DNA from: Azolla caroliniana
Taxonomy: Eukaryota; Plantae; Polypodiophyta
Assembly: GCA_043228905.1 (NCBI GenBank)
Contig: JBHGNT010000001.1
Coordinates: forward strand, 2,666,001 to 2,730,000
DNA: 64,000 bases
Reading direction: 5' to 3'
Below, piece after piece: positions 47,598-58,503 of this stretch. Positions within the stretch are counted from its first letter, which is position 1, and every line of letters begins with the position of its first letter. The notes below the pieces were generated by a model. The model was not told the origin of the DNA. It did no database searches and was given only the letters and a program-made list of their open reading frames with translations. Position numbers and translations under genes: made by a program.

Positions 47598-48665
47598 ATG
47601 CCAAATACAATGAACGGAGATGAGGATACTCGATGTGATCTTCCCAAGCCTAAGAAACCTAAGAGCAAAGAAAACAAGGAGAAAGAGGCCATTGTCATTA
47701 GGGAAGACAATGTTTACCCCGTGCTCTCGTGTGAACAATGGAAGAAGGAGCTTTTAGAAAACCAATATGTAAGTGCTCTCGTAGCATATTAAGTACGTAC
47801 ATTCAAATTGTTTTGAAAGGAAAGGGTGTGAAAGTATATTATTAAGTGGATAAGATACCTTGCCTTTTGTCAATTTGAAACTTGATTTTAATGAATGGAG
47901 ACAAGAGACTGGCAAGTTCCAAATAAACAACTCTCTTGCATCGGACATATTAGAAACAATTATTCCTTATGAGTGTCTACTTCGTCATCTCTAATTTAAT
48001 AATCCTTCAAGATCTCTTAGTGGGGTTTCCCGGTTTAGTCTATCATATATCCCACCTTTAAACATCCCCTTGGTTTAGACACTCCTAGTGCAAAGACCGA
48101 AGTGTAGTAACATCCAATGACGATGTCAAATGACCATACACTTCGTAAATACTTATGCATGCACCCACATATATTCATCTCTCATGATCATCCCAAACAT
48201 TGTATTCTTTTTGCTAACCCTTCCATTTCCTTTCCTTTCTCCAAGGTTGTTGCTTTTTGCACAGGAAAATGGTGTGGCCCTGCGAGAGCGATTAACACAT
48301 TTGTAAATACAAGCTCTAAATATTACACATCTCTAAAATTTCTCAAGTTAGAATATCAACTAGAGCAGCTCATGGTAAGTTATTAACGTCTAAGCCAAGT
48401 TTGCATACAATTAATGATTCTAAGTGGACTTTCAACTATAGCTAGTTATTAGAAATCATTATGCTTTCAACTAATGTGATTAACTACTAATCAAGTTTTC
48501 CTATGTTTGTAGGACTTATTCAAAGAGTTGGGGGTCCACGCATTACCCACTTTTATATTTTTCTGTAATGGAACTCTTGTTGAAAAAATTGTTGGAAGTT
48601 TTCCATTAGAACTTGACAGTCGACTTCAATATTATGAGGTTTTAGCAAGTTCTTTTGCAACATGA
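47598..48665 (+). CDS. Atypical thioredoxin-h-like protein (WCGPA active-site motif)
   Basis: Exons 47598-47768, 48246-48374, 48513-48665, all phase 0, at the usual Trx h intron positions. Motifs: TGKWCGPARAI, KFLKL, GVHALPTFIFF.NG..VEKIVG. The spliced frame has no stops or frameshifts. Confidence 0.85.
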
Positions 48666-50658
48666 CCAAAAATGAGAAAATGATAATTTTCAACTCATGT
48701 ATATGTAGTTACTCTACTTAGGATGTGAACTAAATAAATCCTCTTAAAGTTTTATCCATATGTGAAATACTTCCTTCTTACTTACTATGTTGTGTGGATT
48801 TAGAAGTCATATGTATACATTGGTATTTTCTATTGATCATAATGCAATAGAAAATAGGTCATGAAAATTGTTATTGCATGACATTGTCATTTGCACTCAC
48901 ATTAAATTACAACAATAGGTAGGTAGAGGCAATCAATAAAGACTTTTATACAAATCTGGTTGATCATTTGATCTTTTGTTAGTCTTATATTAATCTTCAA
49001 TAAACATGCATGGACGCTGTAACACGTCACCCATCGAAAGGGGTTCTAAGTTGGGTGCTTAGATATGAAGTTTATTTACAAACTTCAGAGATAAGAGCGA
49101 ATGTTTTAAACTTAGAACTCCAATGAGCCTAAACTAAATGCAAGTGGAGAGGAGATGGTTAAGCAACATATTTGAGTTTCAAAATTTGAAGGGTTGAGGA
49201 CATTGTGATTAGACTCTTAGGTTGAGGAGAGTGACAATATTTGGTCGCAATTCGGGGGGTTTAGGGTTAGGGTTTAGGAAACTAGTCTCTTATCTCTAGG
49301 CCGTAATGAATTGAAGAAGATAAGGTAATGAGGATGAGGATGGAGAAAGAAGTACTTATAACATAACAAAGAATAGAAATTAGAAACTTATTGATTAAAC
49401 AAACAAGCTAATTAACATAACATTAAAAATAAACTAAAAGTAATCAAGAAGATGATGGAAGAGAAAGACAAACAACCAAAATGCAAGTAACTTTATCGGG
49501 GCAACTAATCAAGATCCAAATCTACTCTACAAGGTTTTTTATGAAAAATACTAGGAAGTTCTTCGAAAATATGGATAACATGTGACCACTATTGCAGGGG
49601 ATGCATGGATTGTAGAAGGGTCAAGAGTCCAATTTCACAAGAGTTTCAACAACTGAATTCACCCAAACTTGTCCGGCATAGTGTCTATATGGTTGGTGAC
49701 GAGAGACCATGTATTGTATTAAGGTTAAACTTATCTCACCCTTCCCAACTTTGTACTAGTTGCAATCTTACTACAAGACTATGCATACTAATATGGATAC
49801 TTTCACTAACTTAGGACATTGTCATAGTCTGAACAGCAATAAGCTCATAAACTTAGGGTATTGTCATATTCTGAAGTTCTCTGAACAGCAACCTGGCCAC
49901 ATTACATCTATGCAACAAATAGAAGACAAGTTTGTCCGATCAAATCCTTATATTAGAAAGATGCTGAAGGACATTCCTTCAATCTGAATGCGTCCATTAA
50001 AGATGACACACAACATATCTGTTCAAATAATGACATTTCCTATTATGTTTTTTCTACCTTCAAGATTCCACATTTACCTTAGCACATTGACACCCTATCT
50101 CCAAAACATCATACCATCAGTTAACCAAACAATTTGTTCCAACATGTTTTTGACCCAACAAATGAAACTACATAAAAAAAATGCAACAAGCAAAAATGAA
50201 CTTTCAAAAACAGATAAAAGGCACATCTGATGTATTGAGACAAATCTACAATGCCCATTTGGAAATGAATTTATTTACAATAGTTTCTCTTGGGCATTGA
50301 TCAGCATGAGATTCTGGCACCATTCTGTTACAGATGATACCCAGCCTATGAAAGATAAGAAATGTAAAGAATGATAGTCCAATGAATCAAGAACCTCTGA
50401 GAGCCAGTGAATAGTCCAATAACTAAATGAGACCCAATCAACAGAATTAGATGAAGATTAATCCACGTCTCATACCTATATTCAAACCCATTACTAAAGT
50501 GACCCTCTAATATTGCCAAGCTACGAAATTCAAGGGGTTTGAATGTATATTAATTGGCCCCTACCCAATGCTGCCTATGTCAATGGAGTAACAAATGTGC
50601 CAATCAATGTTGCCAACAGTTCAATGATGTTGTAGAATAACAAATATGCCGCTCTTCA

Positions 50659-53409
50659 TCATGGATTACTGCAAGTACGATCAAACTGCATCAAATTGTT
50701 TGTGCTAGTATTTGAGTTTGAATGCAAGTTGCTCTTTGTCTTTTTTGGGGTGCTCGTGTTCACATCATTCCCACATCCAAAGAAATGGTTCTGTGCTTGA
50801 GCAAAGCTTTCTTCAGGAGATTCAAAGAAATGGAATGGGTTGGATGCGCCCCGTTTCTTGTCTGAAGTTGTACAGTTTGGAGGAGCAATGGAGTTGTCAA
50901 AAGCTGCCAAGTCTGCACTAAACATGCTTACAAATAACTTCTGTAGTTCTTCAAAGCTATTGCCCTTTCCAGAACCCTGTCAGATACAGAGGAAACCAGG
51001 AGTTATTTGAAAGCATTGATCCATTCAAATGTTGACAAATTCGATTGGAAGGCAAAAATGACCGTATCTTGCTTGAAAGATAAAAGTGATATCAAATCAC
51101 AAAGCACATAATCTTATTCTTCATTATGGTATAATTTCAAAGAATGTTATTACATACATCCAATCAGATCATTACCCATTGAACCATGAATACATAATCC
51201 TGACCCAGAGAAGGTCATTCTAAAAAGGGAAACATTATCTTTATTTTGAAACTATACCACAGAAACATTATCTTGCTTTAAAAATATACATTCAATGTGG
51301 CACCATTTGAAAGCATATATATTATACAAATACATTCAATCAGATCACCGCATATCTACCATGAATACATAATCCCACCAATAACACTGCAACATTGCAC
51401 AATTATCATATTTTAAAAAATATACCACAATAACACTGCACATTAAAATATCTTAGCACTTCGTGGAAGAACCCATGCATATGATATCATCTCATATTCT
51501 ATGCAACCGGACAACAAAAAGCATATCCGTGTTCTTGGGATCAGATAAGTCTTAAATCTATACATTTGAAGTCCCAAGATACACTCAAAGCTAAAAGCTT
51601 TTTTGTTAACAGCATCTGTGACATGTAACAGTGTTCAATGGATGTCCGAAAACACAAACTCAATATATTACTTTGGACATAAGCATGAAAGGATCCAATA
51701 GCAAAAGAAAACAATAATCAGTAGAGCCCACAGAGCAAACTTATAGTGGATGGCATGCTTCAATTTTAGCCAAACCCTAAAATACCCATGTTAACCACCT
51801 ACACATTCTATATTCATTCACCCATATTCAAATATCCTGAGTCAGCCATACACACGCTACTTGTAGCTACTGGTTTGAAGTTCTATGGCTTTTCTGATCA
51901 AGTTTTGGGATCCATAAGATAACTGAAAAGAATGTTGAAGACATAGTCTCTCACCTCTGCTCGTACATCAGCCATCATAACTGACATCTCATTCATGAAG
52001 CTGCCAAAGCCCTGTTGAAATCAAAGGTTGGCTTAAAATATTTTATCAATGATTTGGAATAATTGTAATTGAATCTGTAATTTCGTGGATTTTTAATCCA
52101 AATGTTGGAACGGTAGCTATTTGTGTCATAAATGTGGGTAAAAAATAGACTAGGAACTACCTCAACTTCTTCTTCAGCATCTTCTCGATCATATAAGCCA
52201 CAGTCATAAAGCGCTTTTTTTGTCTCATCAGAAAGCACTGCAGAAAAACCATAACCTCTAAATCAAATTGAAGCTTAGGATAAACCAATGGAGAAACACC
52301 AACATTCCCCTTCACTAGTTAGGTATTTACCAAAATACCCTTAAAAATAACCCCCTCTATAACAGCAAATTCTGTACATCAACTAGGCATTACTGTAACT
52401 CATGAAACCCTAGGGATATTCTGGTAAACACCCAACATGTTCAGCAAATTCAATGTTCTCCATGAACCAAATGAATACAAAAAAAAGAAAGTACAAACCT
52501 GCATAAGCTTCTTGAATTTCCTGAAATTTTATCTTTGCCACTGCAGAATCCTCAATGGCACACTTGTCAGGATGCCACCTCTGGGAGAATAAGCATGATG
52601 CATACATCAGACTGTGTGGAAAATCAAACCAAATGTATGCGATGAAGGATGCGATTCTATTTGACTAGTCTTACCAGTTAAATCCTTCATAGTCCAACTC
52701 TAATAAAACAAAATTAGCATTCTGCTCATAGAAATTTTTAGTAATTTTTTATCGTAAAACCTGAATTGCATATATTTACATTGAAACAATATTGTGTAAG
52801 GCCCATGCTTTTGCGGGAATGCTATTATCTTATAATTTCTCTCCCCAAGTCCTCATAGTCAAACGCTACAAATATTTGGTGAAAATCTCTGAAATACCCG
52901 TAAGATAATACTCTCTGTTCCCCCAAATGCCAATAAGCTGCCATAATTTCCTTACAGTGTTTCCCTGCCCTTATGCTCCATATTAAAACAAATCCTTCAC
53001 AAAGGCCCATACATCCTATCCACAATAGTAACCTTTACCCTGTATTTTCTATACACAATTTCGTATATTCCCCAACAGCAATTTTTACTGTATATTATAT
53101 ACATAAATCCTTCACAACAGCAAGTTTTACCCAACATTCCCAGTTCCAGAGTACATGAATACAAAGAGTAAGAAACTCAGAGAAATCCAACACACATGCT
53201 CAGAAAAAAAAGACACCCTAATAGAAACATACATTAATCCAATGAACCTATAGCTAAGGAACACAACAGAAATTCAATCATAACAAAAAGATATTTACCA
53301 TAGCAAGCTTTCGGTAAGCACTTCTTATTGAAGAGGAAGAAGCGTTTCTACTTAAACCAAGAATTGCATAGTATTGTTTTGATGGCATCCGGCCTTCACC
53401 GGAAGCCAT
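50659..53409 (-). CDS. Type III J-domain (DnaJ-like) co-chaperone
   Basis: Exons 53409-53299, 52580-52499, 52237-52161, 52011-51955, 50976-50659. J domain YYAILGL..AS...IRSAYRKLAMRWHPDK...KFQEIQEAYAVLSD..K.ALYD.G, then GFGSFMNEM..MM and SFEELQKLFVSMF. Confidence 0.93.
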
Positions 53410-54227
53410 TTTACAGGAAAACAAAGTTTCCTAGGATATCGTGAAAAATATTCAAATTTCTTAAATTCTTCAGAAACGTCTTTGATTTTCTTCAAATTCC
53501 CTTCAAATTCTTCAGGAATCTTTGATATACTCAGCTTTTCTTCATAAAATACTTTGATTTTTCTTCAGAATCCGACCGAATGTTTTGGGGAATCTAAAAG
53601 ATTATTCGAATTCTTTAGAAATTTCTTCGAGTTTCTTCTAGCTCCTTATACTTCCTGCAAACTGCTTGGGACCGGAAAAATATATTCGATTATTTTCAGA
53701 GTTCTATGGGTTGCTTTGAATTCTGCAGATTCTTTTGAAAGACCTGTATAAACAATCACAGAGTTCTGCGAGAAATCTCAAGCTTTGCGGAAAAGTATTC
53801 TAAATCTAAGGAAGGAGCTGTTCCCAACGGTGCGGGAATGCTTTCCCAACTCTTATCTTCTGACCCAGAAGAAAAAGCGTTGATGATCCGGCAATGATAG
53901 GAAACCTATCTAGTTTTCTGTATGAAGTGGAGAAGAAGAAAAAGAAGACGATAACTAAAGCAGAAAACAAATGTTGTTGGATTGCTGCGAGAATTTCCGA
54001 GCGGTGCAGAAATTTCCTCCAATTTTGAGAAGGGAATTGCTCCGGTTGCTGCAGGAATCGTCCGAAAATTCTACTTCCGACACAGGACACAGAGGAGGAG
54101 GAGGAGGAGGAAGAAGAAGCTTTGGGGATCCAGCAAAGGTAAGAAACCTCTACAGTGTTTTGTATGAAGAAGAAGAGGAAAATTATGAAGAAGAAGAAGA
54201 AGAGAACAATCAGAGAATCAATGAATC

Positions 54228-54272
<45 letters not shown>

Positions 54273-54639
54273 TTATTGGGGTATGGTGAGAAAGGAGCTT
54301 TCTGATTGATCTTCTCTGTTTCTTCTCTCTGTCTTTGTCTCTGTTCCTTTGGAGGTTTGTCCATCGTATGTATGTCTTTGGACGGCCCGGATCGCTTGGG
54401 TTTCCAGATCCTCGTTTCTGCGCCGTGGGATTCGTAGATATTTTCTTCGTTCTTGGTGGGGGCTGTGGAATGGATGGATGTGTCTGGGACCTTCTGGAAG
54501 CATCCGGAAGATATTTTCTCTCTTTAGAGAGAGAGTCTGAGAGATACACACACACACACACACAATCTCATCTTCGTCTTCATCTTCATATTCATCTCGA
54601 ATCATCATAATATCGCTTTGCGTCCACACACACACACAC

Positions 54640-54930
54640 TCTCTCTCTCTCTCTCGTGTGTTGGCGTTCGTTCTATCGCCCCGCGCTACTCGAGTCTTGT
54701 TACCTCCGGGCTTTTTTTATTGCCATCCCGCCTCATCGGATCTTATTTCCACACCCCTAATGCCCGTCGAATCACACCTGTGAGCGATGACCATGTGTCG
54801 GGCCCATCGAACTTGCCTGGAGACTCGCAGGAGCCAGTGTGGGTTGTGGGCTTCCTTCCCCATCCGGACTGCTCTACTTTGATCGAGCCCTTTTCCACAT
54901 TCCCCGTGCCGTGTGATTGATCGGCTTTTT
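54640..54930. promoter_or_regulatory. CpG-rich putative promoter of the J-domain gene
   Basis: Locally GC/CpG-rich, with site-II-like GGGCCCA (~54800) and TGGGCT (~54847). It lies upstream (on the - strand) of a pyrimidine- and microsatellite-rich leader. Confidence 0.4.
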
Positions 54931-57900
54931 TCTTGTGCAAGAACATATTAGTAAGAAATTGTGACAAAAGTGCCCACTAATGCGTAAGAACCCATTCCTA
55001 GGTTGGGATAAGTTTTGTCGCCTTCGATAACGTTTCCAGCCCATGGACTCGATTTCTTTTTGGTCCTAGCGCATGATGACACACAACTTTTCTCTTTTCG
55101 TTTTTTACCAAACTCCAGAATCTCTCATCCTGCACTTTGTTTTCCTCTATCTATCTACCAATCTCCTCGCGCACACTATATCGAGATAGTATTTAAATAC
55201 CCGATATGAAATATTTAACTGATTGTCTATTGACGATTCGAGGAGCGCACATATGAAAGACTCTCGAGGATATTAATGTTTAGTATTTGATTTTCTGACT
55301 CACCTTTGTGGAAATTTGGCTCTCCCCTTCTACATATGACTTTTAAGTATGCATATTTTGTTTCCAAATCTTCAACATACACACAATTTCAATGTGCACA
55401 CTTACACTTTCACACATGACACTATCAAAATACGTGTATGGCTATTAAAGGGTGACAACAACCCTTAACAAAGACTAACCTCCTTGAGAATTTAACAAAA
55501 ACCCATGATCAAAATTGTTACAAAAGCTAAAATGCATGGTCTCTCTAATACCCATGGCTCTTGTATGAGAGATTCACCCTAAGGCATGCTCGACAAAAAC
55601 TCCTATGTAATTAACGCGAGATTATGTTGTTTATTGCATTTTCCCACCATTCCAACATGGTATTCATCCTCAAGTATCCATGTGACACTTTACCATGATT
55701 AGGGCAACATACTTTACTATGCATAATTGTTCGCATAATGCTCACTATGAGCAAATTCATGCCTTTTTTCTAGACTATTTTATGTTATTGTTTAAATGTA
55801 GCAACACATGCAATTATTGAATGTTTAGAAGTTTATCAATCTAATGTATATAATGCATTTGATTCTGTTAATTAAATGTGTATACGCACCTCCCACTTTA
55901 TCATGTAATCTATTATTTATACCTTCAATACGATCAAAATTTCATTCTATAAAAATCGATGATGTTAAGATATAAGATACCTTAGGCCTCTCCTACATCC
56001 ATATAAACTTGAAGCATTGTTGAGACGCTCATGGATGTTGTCACTCATAGTTGGAGACAGTTTGGACTTCATATGTACACTACACTTTTTGTAAATTGGC
56101 TTGTGTTCACATTATATACTTACAAGTTACACTCATTGAGCATGTGCCTTTCACCTTTCTAGAATGTAAGTGAGGTGGGTCACTTCCACAATAATATAGG
56201 TATGGTAAGTGAGGTGGCTCAATTCATGTTAAATGCAAACTTTTAATAGTTTCGAGATTGAGCATGTTTTGCTTCAATTAATTATGAATATTGAAACCAA
56301 TATAACATTGATCAAAAACCAAGATTTTGGTCCTAATATAGCATGATTAAGATATAAGCTTTTATATTTATCGTGAGTTCACATAATAGGACAAAAATAG
56401 TGAAGAAAGTTGTTTAGATGACGTGAAGTAACTCAATAGTTATAAGGGAAGTAACTCAATAGTTATAAGGGTGGCAAAAAGGATTGAAACAACTCGCCTA
56501 GGAAGATAGGTAGCAAATTGATGGAGTATACAAGTTTGTTTACAAATTACCTTTCAAACATACATGATAGTAAGGAAGCAAATAAGTGAAATGGCATGCC
56601 CAAAAATGTTATTCAACAAGGTAGTACAAATTAGATCATAGGATTGAAACGTACCTTAAAAACACGGTATCATTTTGAAATACGTTCGGCAGTTGGTACA
56701 TAGTGGGTTGAAATATAGTAGTCTTAAAAGTCAAAAACATGTAAAGACTTCAAACTTGTTATTCTAGGATTTAGGTGTTGAGCTATATAAAGGAAACTAG
56801 GTACCCACTACATTATGCGATCTTAGAACACTATTGAGACTATTGGTGTGGCTAATCTCTCTTCAAAGATCCGTTTCATTGGCAAAGTTACCATCAATGA
56901 AATTCCTCAAAAAAAAAAGAATACAATGCTGCATAGGCCTATCCTAAATTGCTCAAACAATGACATGATTTCCATAAGACTATGAAACATGCTTTAAATG
57001 TTACCCCACCAAGGATCTATAACGGTTTCATAAAATGCCTAACTAGGTAATAGTGACTCAATAATGTGGAAAAAGGAATCTTTGAAATCGAAATGAAGAT
57101 GCATAAAGCACCAGGCTATGTAGAACCATTTTCTTAGATTTCTTCAATGGATGAAGGGACGTGCTATAACATTATGCAAAGAATATCACAACTATGTATG
57201 GTGACCTTACCTTACCTTTCCTGATTGTATGCATGCTTTTTAACGGACCTTCATTTGAAAGAAGCTAAAGGTGTGACTTTAGAATGTAACTCGTAAACAT
57301 CCTCATTATTATGATAACATGATCTTGCACCTACAAAGTTTATACCAATGTCCATATCTCTTTCTCTTTTCTTAGAATCATATGCCAGGGCCAACCTGTA
57401 GGCCATTTGATTATTGTTCACATCTAACAATGAACCTTACAAGGGGGTCAAAGATGAAGGGGCAAGGAACAGAATAAAGTTGTATAGAGAAGCCTCTGCT
57501 AAATTGTTAGGTGGTTCTCTTCGTGCAAACTCTGATTTACATGCCTGAACCATGTCTCATTTACAAAACCCTCTTTTTTGATGTACCACCTCTTATTTTG
57601 TTCCTAAGCTTTTTACACGTTTGTATCAAAGTGCAGCATACACTTTGACCAAATATGAGACCAAAGCTCATCCCTGTATTCTTTTGAGAGACACAAAGTT
57701 ATGATCAAACGACTTTGGATACTAAGAAAGATACATGATTTTTAAAAGGCACAAGAGATTCCCCAATGCATGCAGATTTGTACAACTTCACATTGCCAAT
57801 TGGATGAATATGTGCAGTAGATTTTATTGTAGATTCCCATTGTAAATTCCATCCAAAACAAAGTGACTGGTTGACTGAGGCCCAATGAGAAAGAAACTTA

Positions 57901-58503
57901 TAAATCAATGAACAAAATAAGAATTACAAAAATAGACAAAACCTAAACAAGGAAATTAAAAAAGGGAAGTTTGTGGAGCTCATACCATTATAGATGGGTC
58001 TCATTCAATGAATATTGAAGACCTATCAATGCTTGATATCAGTTGAAATCCAATTGACATTGATGAACTACAAGATAGAGCCCAAATCCATAAATATTGC
58101 TCAACTATATGATAAGAGTTTGAATTCAAAATACCTTTGATGAACTATTTGTCAAACTTCCCCATCATGGGTTACTGAGTACATGTTTTGTGCCCCTTGC
58201 TTTTGACATGCAAATTTACCTTAAATGTCTCAAATATCTTATGCCATATATTTTGTCCTTTTGGGCTGGCAATTGACCTTAGATCTCCCCTTCTTTTGGA
58301 TAGGCAATTTACCTTCCAGGAAAAAAATAACTTAGCTTAGTCCATCTTCGAGCCACAATCTGTTCAGTCATCTCCTCTGCACTCTCTCATCGACAAGTAC
58401 AAAAGTACAGACGAAAATATAGCAATTTTCGCATTCATGCAAGATAAAAAAAATATCCAAGGATTTTTCTAAACAATACATAGGTTGTGTCAAAAAAGTC
58501 TCC

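Noticed and set aside
49560-50100. Possible Gypsy integrase relic (NVARLLFRE, PKFMS on -)
   Set aside because: Too degenerate to call by eye.
31936-53409. Possible chloroplast/redox gene cluster (acylphosphatase, LTO1, WEB, Trx, J-protein)
   Set aside because: Different compartments and pathways, with no shared regulatory signature visible; most likely an ordinary gene neighbourhood.
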